The notes under the pieces: generated by a model
Told to the model about the DNA's origin: nothing
Database searches by the model: none
What the model saw: only the letters and a program-made list of their open reading frames with translations
Origin: an uncultured Bacillales bacterium
GTDB lineage: Bacteria; Bacillota_I; Bacilli_A; RF39; UBA660
Assembly (NCBI GenBank): GCA_946615975.1
Contig: CAMOID010000001.1
Span: 66,638-130,637 of the forward strand
Direction: 5' to 3'
DNA: 64,000 bases
Program-made: the position numbers and the translations under genes
Part shown: positions 1-10,056 of the stretch, piece by piece
How positions within the stretch are numbered: position 1 is the first letter of the stretch
Layout of the letters: every line of letters begins with the position of its first letter

Positions 1-1
1 C

Positions 2-1402
2 AATGAGTTATGGACTCAAATTCTATCCAGAATTGAGTCATCAGTTTCAACAATGATATATAACATATACTTTAAAGACACTACTCTTTTAGATATAGAT
101 AATAATAATACTTTTAAAATACAAGTAAAAAATGAATTTATAAAGAATCATTTATTAAACCATTTTGATGATCTAATAAATGAAAAAATAAAAGAAGTAA
201 CTAGAAAAGATTATTTATATGAACTTGTTACTTCACCTGGGGAATTAGAAATACCTAAGAAAAAAGTAGAAGATAATGAATATATTAGTCAATTACCTTT
301 AGAAATAGAAAATAATGTTCATAACGAACCAGTTATGAACGTTGTAGATGAAGTTTTCCCAGATTATAATGATAATTTAAATCCTAATTATACATTTGAA
401 AACTTTGTTGTAGGTAATCAAAACAGTATTGCATATACTTGTGCAAAAGCTGTAGCTGATCAACCTGGTGTTTTATATAATCCCCTATTTATTTGGGGTA
501 AAAGTGGTTTGGGTAAAACACATTTGATGCATGCTATAGGTAATGAAATAAAACATAAATATAATAAAAGAGTTTTATATATTAGTTCAAAACAGTTTAA
601 AGAAGATTATCAAGAAATATTTGCTAATAAAAATACTAATACAACGTTATTAAGTGCTTTTAAAAAGAAATACTATGATATTGATGTATTAATAATAGAT
701 GATATTCAATTCTTATCATCAGCGGAAAAGACTCAAGAGGAATTACATAATACATTTGAAGCTTTTAAGCCTTTCCAAAAGCAAATAATTATTAGTTCAG
801 ATACAAGTCCAGATGACTTACAAAAGTTTGAGGATAGATTAAAAACAAGATTTGCCTGGGGAATGACAGTTCAAATATCTCCACCAGATCTAGAATTAAA
901 GATTAAAATACTAAAAAATAAGATGGCTGGACATGAAACAGCTGAAAAAATTAAGCCTGAAGTACTAGAATATATAGCTAGTAATTCACAATCAGATGTT
1001 AGACATCTTGAAGGAATAATAAATAGATTATATCTAATGATATTAATGAATCCTAATGAAGAAGTTAATTTAGAATTCGTTCAAAAATATCTAATAGAAG
1101 AAATAAATAATAATATATATGCAGAAAATAGCGTAGAAAAGATTAAAAAAGCTGTAGCAGATTACTATAATGTAACTGTAGATACATTAAAATCTAAGAA
1201 AAGAAAAGCTGAAATTAATAAAGCAAGACAAGTTGCTATCTATCTTTGTACCATGAATACTGATGAAACAGTAGAAAGAATTGGATTAAGCTTTAATAGA
1301 GATCATGCTACTGTAATACATGCTAGAGAAAAAATTACTGAAGATCTTAAAAATTCAGAACAATTAAAACAAGAAATTAAAGAAATTAAAGATAAGATTT
1401 AA
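2..1402 (+). CDS. dnaA: Chromosomal replication initiator DnaA; the 5' end runs off the window
   Basis: Walker A 'GKSGLGKTHL', Walker B 'LIIDDIQFL', C-terminal DNA-binding helix 'ARQVAIYLCTMNTDETVERIGLSFNRDHATVIHA'. The frame stays open upstream of the first ATG at 53; codons from nt 2 read NELWTQILSRIESSVST, which is typical of DnaA domain I. The true start therefore lies left of the window. Confidence 0.95.
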   Translation, partial: NELWTQILSRIESSVSTMIYNIYFKDTTLLDIDNNNTFKIQVKNEFIKNHLLNHFDDLINEKIKEVTRKDYLYELVTSPGELEIPKKKVEDNEYISQLPLEIENNVHNEPVMNVVDEVFPDYNDNLNPNYTFENFVVGNQNSIAYTCAKAVADQPGVLYNPLFIWGKSGLGKTHLMHAIGNEIKHKYNKRVLYISSKQFKEDYQEIFANKNTNTTLLSAFKKKYYDIDVLIIDDIQFLSSAEKTQEELHNTFEAFKPFQKQIIISSDTSPDDLQKFEDRLKTRFAWGMTVQISPPDLELKIKILKNKMAGHETAEKIKPEVLEYIASNSQSDVRHLEGIINRLYLMILMNPNEEVNLEFVQKYLIEEINNNIYAENSVEKIKKAVADYYNVTVDTLKSKKRKAEINKARQVAIYLCTMNTDETVERIGLSFNRDHATVIHAREKITEDLKNSEQLKQEIKEIKDKI

Positions 1403-1470
1403 AAAGTTGTTAAAAACTTATACATTATTAACAATAATAAATAATAAAAATTAATAAAAACTAACGTATT

Positions 1471-1479
1471 TGTGTATAA
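1471..1479. promoter_or_regulatory. Single DnaA-box-like 9-mer (TGTGTATAA, reverse complement TTATACACA) in the AT-rich dnaA-dnaN spacer
   Basis: One mismatch from the TTATCCACA consensus. It lies in the dnaA-dnaN intergenic region, where Bacillus-type oriC unwinding elements sit. I found only one box. Confidence 0.3.
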
Positions 1480-1554
1480 TTTAATAGTTTTCAACTTTAT
1501 AAACCCTATAATAAATAATAATATATTTAATAAAAAAGAAAGAAGGAATGGAAG

Positions 1555-2676
1555 ATGAAATTTTCAATAAATAAAAATATAATATTAGAACAATTACAAT
1601 ATGTAAGTAAAGCAATATCTCCAAAGAATATAATTAATATATTAAATGGTATTAAATTCGAATTAGATAGTAAAGGATTAAGTTTAACAGCAAGTGATAG
1701 TAATTTAACTATAAAAGCTTCTATAGATAAAGAAAAAATAGAAAGTATAGATAAAGTTGGATCTATTATAGTAAGTAATAAATCATTACTAGATATTATT
1801 AAGGCTATGCCTGAAGATATTATTAAGTTTGAAGTAGAAGATGGATTAAGAATTAAAATAACATCTGGTGAATGTGAGTTTAATTTAAATTGTTTAAATA
1901 GTTTAGACTATCCAGATATTGATATGTCAGATAATAAAACACATATAGATATTAAAGCTGAAACACTAAAGAAAATGATTAAACAAACTATATTTGCTGT
2001 TTCAGTACAAGAATCTAGACCTTTATTAATGGGTATTAATATTAAAGTTAATGGAAATATATTAGAATGTACTGCTACAGATTCATATAGATTAGCTAAA
2101 AAGACTATTACTTTAGATTCAGCTTATGATGAAGTTGTTGATATAGTAATACCTGCTTCTAATATTGGAGAATTAGAAAAGATTATTTCTGATGAATCTA
2201 AAAATGTTGAAATGCATATATTTGATAAGAAAATATTATTTAAATATGAAAATATATTATTCCAATCTAATTTATTAGAAGGAACATATCCAAATACTTC
2301 ATCATTTATTCCAGTAGATTTTGAACATATTGTTAATGTTAATTTAAATAATTATTATGCTTCTATTAATCGTGTTGCTTTAATTGGACAATCTAAAGAT
2401 AAAAATATTATTAAGATGGATGTTAATGAAAAAGAAATAGTATTAAGTTCTTTAGCAACACAAATTGGTGCTGGTACTGATAAAGTATCTATTACTAAGA
2501 ATAATAATGAAGAAATTAGTATTAGTTTCTCAGCTAAATATATGATTGATGTATTAAGATCATTTGAAGATGAAGAAATTATTATATATATGAATACAGA
2601 TTCTAAACCAATTGTAATTATGTCAGCATCTGATGATTCATTAGTACAATTAATTTTACCTATCAAGACATTTTAA
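1555..2676 (+). CDS. dnaN: DNA polymerase III beta sliding clamp
   Basis: 373 aa, immediately downstream of dnaA. 'LLEGTYPN' motif and three-domain clamp length. RBS 'aaggaatggaag' upstream. Confidence 0.93.
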   Translation: MKFSINKNIILEQLQYVSKAISPKNIINILNGIKFELDSKGLSLTASDSNLTIKASIDKEKIESIDKVGSIIVSNKSLLDIIKAMPEDIIKFEVEDGLRIKITSGECEFNLNCLNSLDYPDIDMSDNKTHIDIKAETLKKMIKQTIFAVSVQESRPLLMGINIKVNGNILECTATDSYRLAKKTITLDSAYDEVVDIVIPASNIGELEKIISDESKNVEMHIFDKKILFKYENILFQSNLLEGTYPNTSSFIPVDFEHIVNVNLNNYYASINRVALIGQSKDKNIIKMDVNEKEIVLSSLATQIGAGTDKVSITKNNNEEISISFSAKYMIDVLRSFEDEEIIIYMNTDSKPIVIMSASDDSLVQLILPIKTF

Positions 2677-2696
2677 TTAAAAATGTCTTTTTTTTT
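2665..2696 (+). terminator. Rho-independent terminator of dnaN
   Basis: 10-bp stem aagacatttt/aaaatgtctt with loop aatta, followed by a T-run. It overlaps the dnaN stop codon. Confidence 0.8.
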
Positions 2697-2757
2697 ACTT
2701 TAATATACCTTTTTATACTTTGTATTATGTTATTTTACCTCTCAAGGAGGTGAAAAT

Positions 2758-3207
2758 ATGAAAAAATATAATATTACAGATAATACATTAGCTATATTAC
2801 CTATGGGTGATAAAAATTCATTAGTATATGAAGTTGATAAAATGTTAGTTATTAACAATAAACCTAATAATATAATTAAATATAATTGTGAGATAGATGG
2901 TAGTTCATACGATATTAGAGTTAATTATTACAGAAATATAACTGGAAATATGTATAAATCCCCTATTCTAGTAAAAAATAGGAATTATTTAGTATTTTTT
3001 CCTACATGTTCTCCTAGGATTAAAAATGTATCATGGTTAAATATTAAATCTATTAATAATGTGTATTTAAATGAAGATAATAATAGTTCAGTAATAGAAC
3101 TTATTAATGGAGATAAAATTAATTTTAAAGAATCTTTATGGGCTTTAAATAATCAAATTTTAAAAGCAAGTAGATTTGAATTTTTATTAAGAAAAAAAGA
3201 GGCCTAA
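2758..3207 (+). CDS. ComK-family (competence transcription factor-like) protein
   Basis: Aligns by eye to B. subtilis ComK landmarks: 'NTLAILP' vs ATIAVLP, 'GSSYDIR' vs GSSYAGR, 'KSPILVKNRNYLVFFPTCSP' vs KPPIMVDPSNQIFLFPTLSS, 'VSWLN' vs CGWIS. Strong RBS 'aaggaggtg'. At 149 aa it is shorter than ComK. Confidence 0.65.
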   Translation: MKKYNITDNTLAILPMGDKNSLVYEVDKMLVINNKPNNIIKYNCEIDGSSYDIRVNYYRNITGNMYKSPILVKNRNYLVFFPTCSPRIKNVSWLNIKSINNVYLNEDNNSSVIELINGDKINFKESLWALNNQILKASRFEFLLRKKEA

Positions 3208-3316
3208 AAAGCCTTTTTTTCTTTTTTTAGTACTTATTTTGTGATATAATTATATTGTGGTATAGGAGTACCTAAAACATATAAAAATTGCTTAAAATCA
3301 AAATTAGGGGGTAAAA

Positions 3317-4414
3317 ATGAAAATTACGAGTTTAAAAATAAATAATTTTCGTAACTACAAAAAACTTGTTTTAGATTTTAATCCTTCTAAAAATATCATC
3401 ATTGGAAAAAATGGTATGGGTAAAACAAATATAGTTGAAGCTATCTATGTTTTAGCCTTAACTAAGTCTTTCAGAGGTTCTAAAGATGATGTAATTATTA
3501 AAATAAATGAAAATAATTGCAAAGTAGAAGGAACTGTAGTTGATGATTATAAAATTGATTATAAGATTGTTATAAGTAAAGATGAAAATAAGAAAGTATG
3601 GATAAATAAGAAAAAGATACCTAAATTGGTAGACTATTTATCTAATATTAATATTGTATTATTTACTTTAGATGATCTTAAGCTAGTAAAAGATACTCCA
3701 AATACTAGAAGAAAATTGATAAATATTGAACTATCTCAATTTAGTAATGATTATTTAAAAATAACTACTTTATATAATAAATTACTTAAACAAAGAAATT
3801 CTTATTTAAAAACTTTATATATTAATGGTAATGCTTCTCAAGAATATTTAGATATTATTACTGCTAAATTAATCGAATATGGCATGAAAATATATGAATA
3901 TAGATATAATTTTATAGAAGATATATCTAAATATATAACTAATAACTATAAGAAAATAACTGGTTTAGATAATTTAAAAATTGTTTATAAGTCAGATTTT
4001 TTAAACAAATCTTATGAAGAAATAGAAAAATTGTATAAAAAGAATAAAAATAGAGATATTACAAGTGGTATTACAAATATTGGAATACATAGAGATGATT
4101 TTGAGTTCGTATTAGATGAAAAAGTTTTAAAAGACTTCGGATCTGAAGGAGAACAAAAAAACGCTGTAATAGCTTTAAAAATGGCTGAGATAGAAATATT
4201 TAAAGATAAGAAAAACATTATTCCTATTTTAATATTAGATGATTTATTTAGTGAATTAGATAAAACTAAGATAAATAATATATTAAAATTTATTGATAAT
4301 GATATTCAAACATTCATTACTACAACAGAATTAAGCAAATTAAATAAGAAATTATTAAATGATTCTAAAATATTTGTTGTTAAAAATGGTGTAGTTGAAA
4401 TAAAGGAGAATTGA
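3317..4414 (+). CDS. recF: DNA replication/repair protein RecF
   Basis: Walker A '[13 protein letters not shown]', ABC signature 'GSEGEQKN', Walker B 'ILILDD'. Canonical position upstream of gyrB. Confidence 0.93.
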   Translation: MKITSLKINNFRNYKKLVLDFNPSKNIIIGKNGMGKTNIVEAIYVLALTKSFRGSKDDVIIKINENNCKVEGTVVDDYKIDYKIVISKDENKKVWINKKKIPKLVDYLSNINIVLFTLDDLKLVKDTPNTRRKLINIELSQFSNDYLKITTLYNKLLKQRNSYLKTLYINGNASQEYLDIITAKLIEYGMKIYEYRYNFIEDISKYITNNYKKITGLDNLKIVYKSDFLNKSYEEIEKLYKKNKNRDITSGITNIGIHRDDFEFVLDEKVLKDFGSEGEQKNAVIALKMAEIEIFKDKKNIIPILILDDLFSELDKTKINNILKFIDNDIQTFITTTELSKLNKKLLNDSKIFVVKNGVVEIKEN

Positions 4415-4415
4415 T

Positions 4416-6341
4416 ATGGCAGAAAATATTGAACATTATGACGCTTCCGATATTCAAGTGCTTGAAGGTCTAGAAGCAGTACGTAAAAGACCAGGTATGT
4501 ATATTGGTACTACTGATCTTAAGGGATTACATCATTTAGTATGGGAAATAGTAGATAATGCTATAGATGAAGCTTTAGCAGGATATTGTCATAATATTGA
4601 TGTAATTATTAATAAAGATAATAGTATTACTGTTAAAGATGATGGTCGTGGTATTCCAGTAGATATTCATCCAAAAACAGGTATATCAACAGTAGAAACT
4701 GTTTATACAGTATTACATGCTGGTGGTAAATTTGGTGGTGGAGGATATAAAGTATCTGGTGGATTACATGGTGTAGGTGCATCTGTAGTTAACGCATTAT
4801 CTAAATGGGTAGAAGTTAAAGTATATAAAAATGGTAAAATCTACTCTATTCGTTTTGAAAATGGTGGACATACTGTTGAACCATTAAAAGAAATTGGTAC
4901 ATATGAAGATAATAGAAGTGGTACTACTGTAACATTTAAACCAGATCCAGATATATTTGATTCTGAAATCTATGATTATGAAACATTAAAGACTAGAATA
5001 AGAGAATTAGCTTTCTTAAATAAAGGATTAGCTATTAATCTTAGAGATGATAGAGATGAAGAAGATACTACTGGAGATCATTTCTTATATGAAGGTGGTA
5101 TTAAAGAATACGTAAGATTTATTAATCAAGGTAAAACTCCTATTCATGAAGATATTATTTATTTTGAAGGTGAAGAAGATGGAGTTATGTTTGAAGTTGC
5201 AATGCAATATAACACTTCATACAATGACAATATTTATTCATTCGTTAATAATATTAATACACATGATGGTGGAACACATGAAGAAGGTGTTAGAAGAGCT
5301 TTAACTGCTTGTATTAATAAATATGCTCAAAAGAACGGTATTCTTAAAGAAAAAGATGATAATCTTACAGGAGACGATGTTAAAGAAGGTTTAACAATGA
5401 TTATTTCATGTAAGCACCCTAACCCACAATTTGAAGGACAAACAAAAGGTAGATTAGGTAACTCTGAAGTAAGAAAACTAGCTTCTGATGTATTTAGTCA
5501 AGGATTTGAAAGATTCTTATTAGAAAATCCAGAAGAAGCAAGAGCTATAGTACAAAAAGCTATGTTAGCTTGTAGAGCTAGAAATGCTGCTAAGAAAGCA
5601 AGAGAAATTACTAGAAAGAGTGAAATTGGACAAACTTCATTCTTTGGTAAATTATCTGACTGTAAGAGTAAAGATCCAGTTGAATCTGAAATATTTATAG
5701 TCGAAGGAGATAGTGCCGGTGGATCTGCTAAAAAAGGTAGAGATTCCATGACTCAAGCTATTCTTCCTTTAAGAGGTAAAATCTTAAATGTAGAAAAAGC
5801 TAGATTAGATAGAGCACTATCAAATGAAGAAATTAGAACTATTATTACAGCATTTGGTACTGGTATTGGTGATGAATTTGATTTAGAAAAATTAAGATAT
5901 CATAAAATAATAATCATGACCGATGCCGATGTCGATGGATCACATATTAGAGTATTATTATTAACATTATTCTATAGATTCTTTAGACCAATTGTTGAAG
6001 CTGGTTATGTATATGCTGCTCAACCACCATTATTTAGAATAATGCATGGTAAGACACGTAAATATGTATTGAATGATAAGGAAAGAGATGATTATATTAA
6101 TAATCTTGATCCTAAAGTTAAATATGAAGTTGCTCGTATGAAAGGTCTTGGTGAAATGGATGCCGATGAATTATACGAAACAACAATGGATATTAATCAA
6201 AGAGTATTAAGAAAGATTACAGTTAATGACTGTGTTGCTGCTGATGCTATATTTGAAAAACTTATGGGTGATGAAGTTGAACCTAGACGTGAATTTATAG
6301 TAGAAAATGCAGGATACGGAAATATTAACTTAGATATTTAG
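4416..6341 (+). CDS. gyrB: DNA gyrase subunit B
   Basis: '[16 protein letters not shown]', '[10 protein letters not shown]', '[12 protein letters not shown]', '[12 protein letters not shown]'. Confidence 0.98.
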   Translation: MAENIEHYDASDIQVLEGLEAVRKRPGMYIGTTDLKGLHHLVWEIVDNAIDEALAGYCHNIDVIINKDNSITVKDDGRGIPVDIHPKTGISTVETVYTVLHAGGKFGGGGYKVSGGLHGVGASVVNALSKWVEVKVYKNGKIYSIRFENGGHTVEPLKEIGTYEDNRSGTTVTFKPDPDIFDSEIYDYETLKTRIRELAFLNKGLAINLRDDRDEEDTTGDHFLYEGGIKEYVRFINQGKTPIHEDIIYFEGEEDGVMFEVAMQYNTSYNDNIYSFVNNINTHDGGTHEEGVRRALTACINKYAQKNGILKEKDDNLTGDDVKEGLTMIISCKHPNPQFEGQTKGRLGNSEVRKLASDVFSQGFERFLLENPEEARAIVQKAMLACRARNAAKKAREITRKSEIGQTSFFGKLSDCKSKDPVESEIFIVEGDSAGGSAKKGRDSMTQAILPLRGKILNVEKARLDRALSNEEIRTIITAFGTGIGDEFDLEKLRYHKIIIMTDADVDGSHIRVLLLTLFYRFFRPIVEAGYVYAAQPPLFRIMHGKTRKYVLNDKERDDYINNLDPKVKYEVARMKGLGEMDADELYETTMDINQRVLRKITVNDCVAADAIFEKLMGDEVEPRREFIVENAGYGNINLDI

Positions 6342-6354
6342 GGAGGTTTTTAAA

Positions 6355-8982
6355 GTGGAAGAAGAAAATAAAAATATTGAAACTACTGAAGAAGTAGAAG
6401 AAACTGTTGAAAACCAATCAGATATCAACAAAGAAAATCATGATGCTTTAGATATACATAATAGTGAATTTAATGGATATTTCCATGAAAGAGATTCATT
6501 AGAAGAAAATAATATTGTAGATGAAGTTGGTACTTCATTCCTAGAATATTCGATGTCAGTTATTACTGCTAGAGCATTACCAGATTTAAGAGATGGATTA
6601 AAACCAGTTAATAGACGTATTTTATGGGCTATGAATGAATCTGGTTTATTTCCTGATAAACCTCATAGAAAATCAGCTACAACTGTTGGATATGTTATGG
6701 GTAATTATCACCCACATGGTGATAGTTCTATATATGAAGCAATGGTTAGAATGGCTCAAGATTTCAACCAAAGATATTTAATGGTTGATGGTCATGGTAA
6801 CTTCGGTAATATCGAAGGTGATGGAGCTGCAGCTATGCGTTATACAGAATCAAGATTATCTAAGTTATCTTTAGAAATGTTAAGAGATATTGATAAAGAT
6901 ACAGTAAATATGGATGATAACTTTGATTTTACAAAGAAAGAACCATCAGTCTTACCTTCTCGTTTCCCTAATATCTTAGTTAACGGTACTATGGGTATTG
7001 CAGTTGGTATGGCTACTAATATTCCACCTCATAATTTAGGTGAAGTTATTGATGGATGTGTTGCTTATATTGATAATCCTGAAATAGATACTAAAGGATT
7101 AATGCAATACATTAAAGGTCCTGACTTCCCTACTGGCGGTGTTATTTTAGGTAATAAAGGTATAATTGAAGCTTATGAAACAGGAAGAGGATCTATTACT
7201 ATTAGATCTAGAGCTGAAATTATTGAAGAAAATAATAAACAACAAATAGTTATAACAGAAGTTCCATATGGAACAAATACATTAGAATTAAAAAATAAAG
7301 TTGCAGAACTTGTTCATTCTAAGGTATTAGATGGTATATCTGATTATCATACTGATTTAAAAAATGGTGTTAAGATTACTATTACATTAAAAAGAGATGC
7401 TAATGCACAAGTTATTTTAAATAACTTATATAAACATACTGATTTCCAAAAAAATTATGGAATTATTCTATTAATGCTAGATAATGGAGTTCCTCGTACT
7501 TTAGGATTAAAATCAATTATTTCTAAATATATTGATTATCAAAAAGAAGTTATTATAAGAAGAACTAAATATATCTTAGGAAAAGCTGAAGATAGAGTTC
7601 ATATTCTTGAAGGTAGACGTATTGCTTTAGATCATATTGATGAAGTTGTACATATTATTAGAAATAGTGCTACTGAAGAAATAGCTAAAGCTGAATTAAT
7701 GTCTAGATTTGCATTATCTGATATTCAAGCTACTGATATCTTAAATATGAGATTAGGTAAGTTAACTGGATTAGAAAGAGATGCAATTGAAAATGAATTA
7801 AATGAATTAGCTGAAAAGATTGCTGATTATCATGATATTCTTGCTAAAGAAGAAAGAGTATTAGGAATAATTAAAGATGAAATGTTAGAAATTAAACGTA
7901 AATACGGCGATGAAAGACGTACTAACATTGATATGACAGCTATAGACTTTATTGAAGATGAATCATTAATACCTGAAGAAAACATTATGATTTCATTAAC
8001 AGATAAAGGATATATTAAGAGATTAACTACTGATACATATAGAACTCAACATCGTGGAGGTGTTGGTGTAAAGGGAATGTCAACTAACGAAGAAGACTAC
8101 GTTAAATTCTTGATTAATGCTTCAACTCATGATCACATTATGTTCTTTACTAATAAAGGTAGAACATATCGTATTAAAGGTTATGAAATTCCTGAATACA
8201 GCAGACAATCTAAAGGATTACCTATTATTAACCTACTTCAACTTGAAAAAGATGAAAAGATTAGTTCTGTAATTAAAGTAGCTAAAGATAATGATGCTAG
8301 ATTCTTAATCTTCGCAACTAAACAAGGTTTAATTAAGAAAACACCTATTGAAGAATTTGATAATATCAGAAAAACTGGTAAGATTGCTATCACATTAAAA
8401 GATAACGATGAATTAATAGATGTTTTATTAACAGACGGTACTTATAATGTTTGTTTAGGTTCTTCAGCAGGAAGAATGGTAGTATTTGATGAAAATGATG
8501 TTAGACCTATGGGTAGAACAGCATCTGGTGTTAAAGGTATTAATTTAGATGGTGCTGAATGCTTAGGTATGGATATTGCACATAATGAAGATAATATTTT
8601 AATAGTAACTAAGAATGGTTATGGTAAGAAAACTAAATTATCTGAATATAGATTAACTAAACGTGGATCTAAAGGTGTAACAGCTATTAATGTTACTGAA
8701 AAGAATGGTCCAATGGTAGCATTTAAGAATGCAACTGATGATGAAGACTTATTAATTATTACTGAATCAGGAATGATTATAAGAATTACAGTTGATTCTA
8801 TATCTCAATTAGGTAGAGTTACTCAAGGTGTTAGATTAATTAATCTTAAAGAAGATCAATATGTTTCAACTATTAGTTTAACTAGTAAAGACGATGAGGA
8901 TAATTCAGAGTTATCAACAATAGAAAATATTGAAGAATCCCCTACTCCAGTTGAAACTACAAATACTGAAGAAGAAGTTTAA
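6355..8982 (+). CDS. gyrA: DNA gyrase subunit A (GTG start)
   Basis: '[19 protein letters not shown]', active-site 'AAAMRYTE', C-terminal beta-pinwheel repeats. The N-terminal (about 55 aa) and C-terminal tails are acidic. Confidence 0.97.
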   Translation: MEEENKNIETTEEVEETVENQSDINKENHDALDIHNSEFNGYFHERDSLEENNIVDEVGTSFLEYSMSVITARALPDLRDGLKPVNRRILWAMNESGLFPDKPHRKSATTVGYVMGNYHPHGDSSIYEAMVRMAQDFNQRYLMVDGHGNFGNIEGDGAAAMRYTESRLSKLSLEMLRDIDKDTVNMDDNFDFTKKEPSVLPSRFPNILVNGTMGIAVGMATNIPPHNLGEVIDGCVAYIDNPEIDTKGLMQYIKGPDFPTGGVILGNKGIIEAYETGRGSITIRSRAEIIEENNKQQIVITEVPYGTNTLELKNKVAELVHSKVLDGISDYHTDLKNGVKITITLKRDANAQVILNNLYKHTDFQKNYGIILLMLDNGVPRTLGLKSIISKYIDYQKEVIIRRTKYILGKAEDRVHILEGRRIALDHIDEVVHIIRNSATEEIAKAELMSRFALSDIQATDILNMRLGKLTGLERDAIENELNELAEKIADYHDILAKEERVLGIIKDEMLEIKRKYGDERRTNIDMTAIDFIEDESLIPEENIMISLTDKGYIKRLTTDTYRTQHRGGVGVKGMSTNEEDYVKFLINASTHDHIMFFTNKGRTYRIKGYEIPEYSRQSKGLPIINLLQLEKDEKISSVIKVAKDNDARFLIFATKQGLIKKTPIEEFDNIRKTGKIAITLKDNDELIDVLLTDGTYNVCLGSSAGRMVVFDENDVRPMGRTASGVKGINLDGAECLGMDIAHNEDNILIVTKNGYGKKTKLSEYRLTKRGSKGVTAINVTEKNGPMVAFKNATDDEDLLIITESGMIIRITVDSISQLGRVTQGVRLINLKEDQYVSTISLTSKDDEDNSELSTIENIEESPTPVETTNTEEEV

Positions 8983-9000
8983 TATACTTCTTCTTTTTTT
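8971..9000 (+). terminator. Rho-independent terminator of gyrA
   Basis: Stem gaagaagt/acttcttc with loop ttaatat, followed by 7 T. It overlaps the gyrA stop codon. Confidence 0.75.
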
Positions 9001-9430
9001 ATGTTTCATGTGAAACATATCCCCTACTTTATTATAAATAGTTATTGTTTTTATATTAAATTTAAGAAGAATCACCTATTTTTATCTTTATTTATGATTA
9101 ATTAATGTTTCATGTGAAACATCTACTCTATTTTATATTAAATAACTATTGTTTTTTTAAATATTAAATTTAAGAAGAATCCCCTATTCTTTAATCTATC
9201 TATAATTAATTGATGTTTCACGTGAAACATCTACCCTATTTTTTTATTATATATAATATATTTTTTTAATATTATACCTTTTAATAACTACTACATTCTA
9301 TTTATTATTAGATAATAGTTATCTATGTTTCACGTGAAACTATTTTTTATTTAAAATTGATTTATTTTAATGTTTCACGTGAAACATAATGCTTTGATTT
9401 ATTAATATTTTAATGTTTCATGTGAAACAT
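9001..9430. repeat. Array of six 18-bp parS-type palindromes ATGTTTCA(C/T)GTGAAACAT in one intergenic region
   Basis: 16-bp cores at 9002-9017, 9106-9121, 9214-9229, 9326-9341, 9371-9386 and 9414-9429. Cores 9214 and 9371 equal TGTTTCACGTGAAACA. Cores 9002, 9106 and 9414 have a central C>T change. Core 9326 ends in T. The first two units are about 104-108-bp tandem duplicates; the identical 21-mer atattaaatttaagaagaatc occurs at 9053 and 9161. Confidence 0.75.
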
Positions 9431-9441
9431 TATATAAAATC

Positions 9442-9469
9442 TTGCTTAATTATTTGATTATGTTATAAT
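9442..9469 (+). promoter_or_regulatory. Sigma-A-type promoter for the SRP RNA gene
   Basis: -35 ttgctt, then an extended -10 tgtTATAAT ending about 7 nt before the RNA helix. Confidence 0.55.
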
Positions 9470-9475
9470 ATTTTT

Positions 9476-9550
9476 GCGCAACGGTTATATTGGAACCTGG
9501 TCAGAGTAGGAATACAGCAGCCATAACAGTCTCTAATCGTGTGCGCATTT
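9476..9550 (+). ncRNA. ffs: Small (4.5S-type) signal recognition particle RNA
   Basis: Terminal helix GCGCAACGGTTA pairs with TAATCGTGTGCGC (one bulge). Domain IV-like core 'cctGGTCAG..GGAA..CAGCAGCC'. Ends in a T-run. Sits in the tadA/dnaX neighbourhood as in Bacillus. Confidence 0.7.
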
Positions 9551-9566
9551 TTTAATGAGGTAGAGT

Positions 9567-9980
9567 ATGAAAGAATATATATTAGAAATTCTTAAAGAAG
9601 CAGATTTATCTTATAAAAATAATGATATTCCTATTGGTGCAATAATTGTTAAAAACGGCGAAATTATAGGTAGGGGACATAATTCAAGAATTGATATCCC
9701 GGATGTTACAAATCATGCTGAAATAATGGCTATCAGAGATGCTGAAAAATATTTAAACGATTGGAGATTAAATGATTGTGATCTTTATGTTACTTTATAT
9801 CCTTGTGATATGTGTTTAGAAGTAGCAAAAGCTAGTAGAGTAGATAATATATATTATTTGTTAGATAGAGATAATAAAAATAAATTTGATTCTACAAATA
9901 TAAATAGGGTAGATGATGATGTTTCACGTGAAACATATAAAAAAAAGTTATCAACATTTTTTAAAGAAAACATAAGATGA
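9567..9980 (+). CDS. tadA: tRNA-specific adenosine deaminase
   Basis: Zinc-binding CDA motifs 'HAEIMAI' and 'PCDMC'; 137 aa. Confidence 0.88.
   Translation: MKEYILEILKEADLSYKNNDIPIGAIIVKNGEIIGRGHNSRIDIPDVTNHAEIMAIRDAEKYLNDWRLNDCDLYVTLYPCDMCLEVAKASRVDNIYYLLDRDNKNKFDSTNINRVDDDVSRETYKKKLSTFFKENIR
9920..9935. other. Seventh parS-type site (perfect TGTTTCACGTGAAACA), inside the tadA coding sequence
   Basis: Exact 16-bp palindrome, translated as V-S-R-E-T in tadA. Confidence 0.7.
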
Positions 9981-10056
9981 ATTTGTCATCTTTTTTTTAT
10001 GCAAAAATGTACTATATTCCTAGGTATTATGGTATAATTTATATAGGTGAATACGT

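Noticed and set aside
2355-2666. Antisense or out-of-frame ORFs nested in long genes. Besides this one: 4012-4218, 5498-5749, 10293-10508, 13808-14050, 14382-14651, 16557-16766, 24235-24432, 33285-33521, 45727-45930, 48674-48862, 49832-50059, 53851-54084, 54809-55000 and 56546-56785.
   Set aside because: Each lies entirely inside a confidently identified gene on the opposite strand or in another frame. None has an RBS or a recognisable motif. Such ORFs are expected by chance where the complementary frames of AT-rich genes lack stop codons.
9001-9430. Could the regularly spaced 18-bp repeats be a CRISPR array?
   Set aside because: The repeats are short perfect palindromes matching parS. Spacers vary from 25 to 94 nt, are AT-rich and are partly homologous to each other (tandem duplication). 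There is no cas gene or leader, and one copy lies inside tadA.
8983-9566. Expected an rRNA operon or tRNA cluster after gyrA, as in some Bacillota
   Set aside because: No 16S, 23S or 5S signature sequences or tRNA cloverleaves are present. The spacer is fully accounted for by the parS array, the ffs promoter and the SRP RNA.
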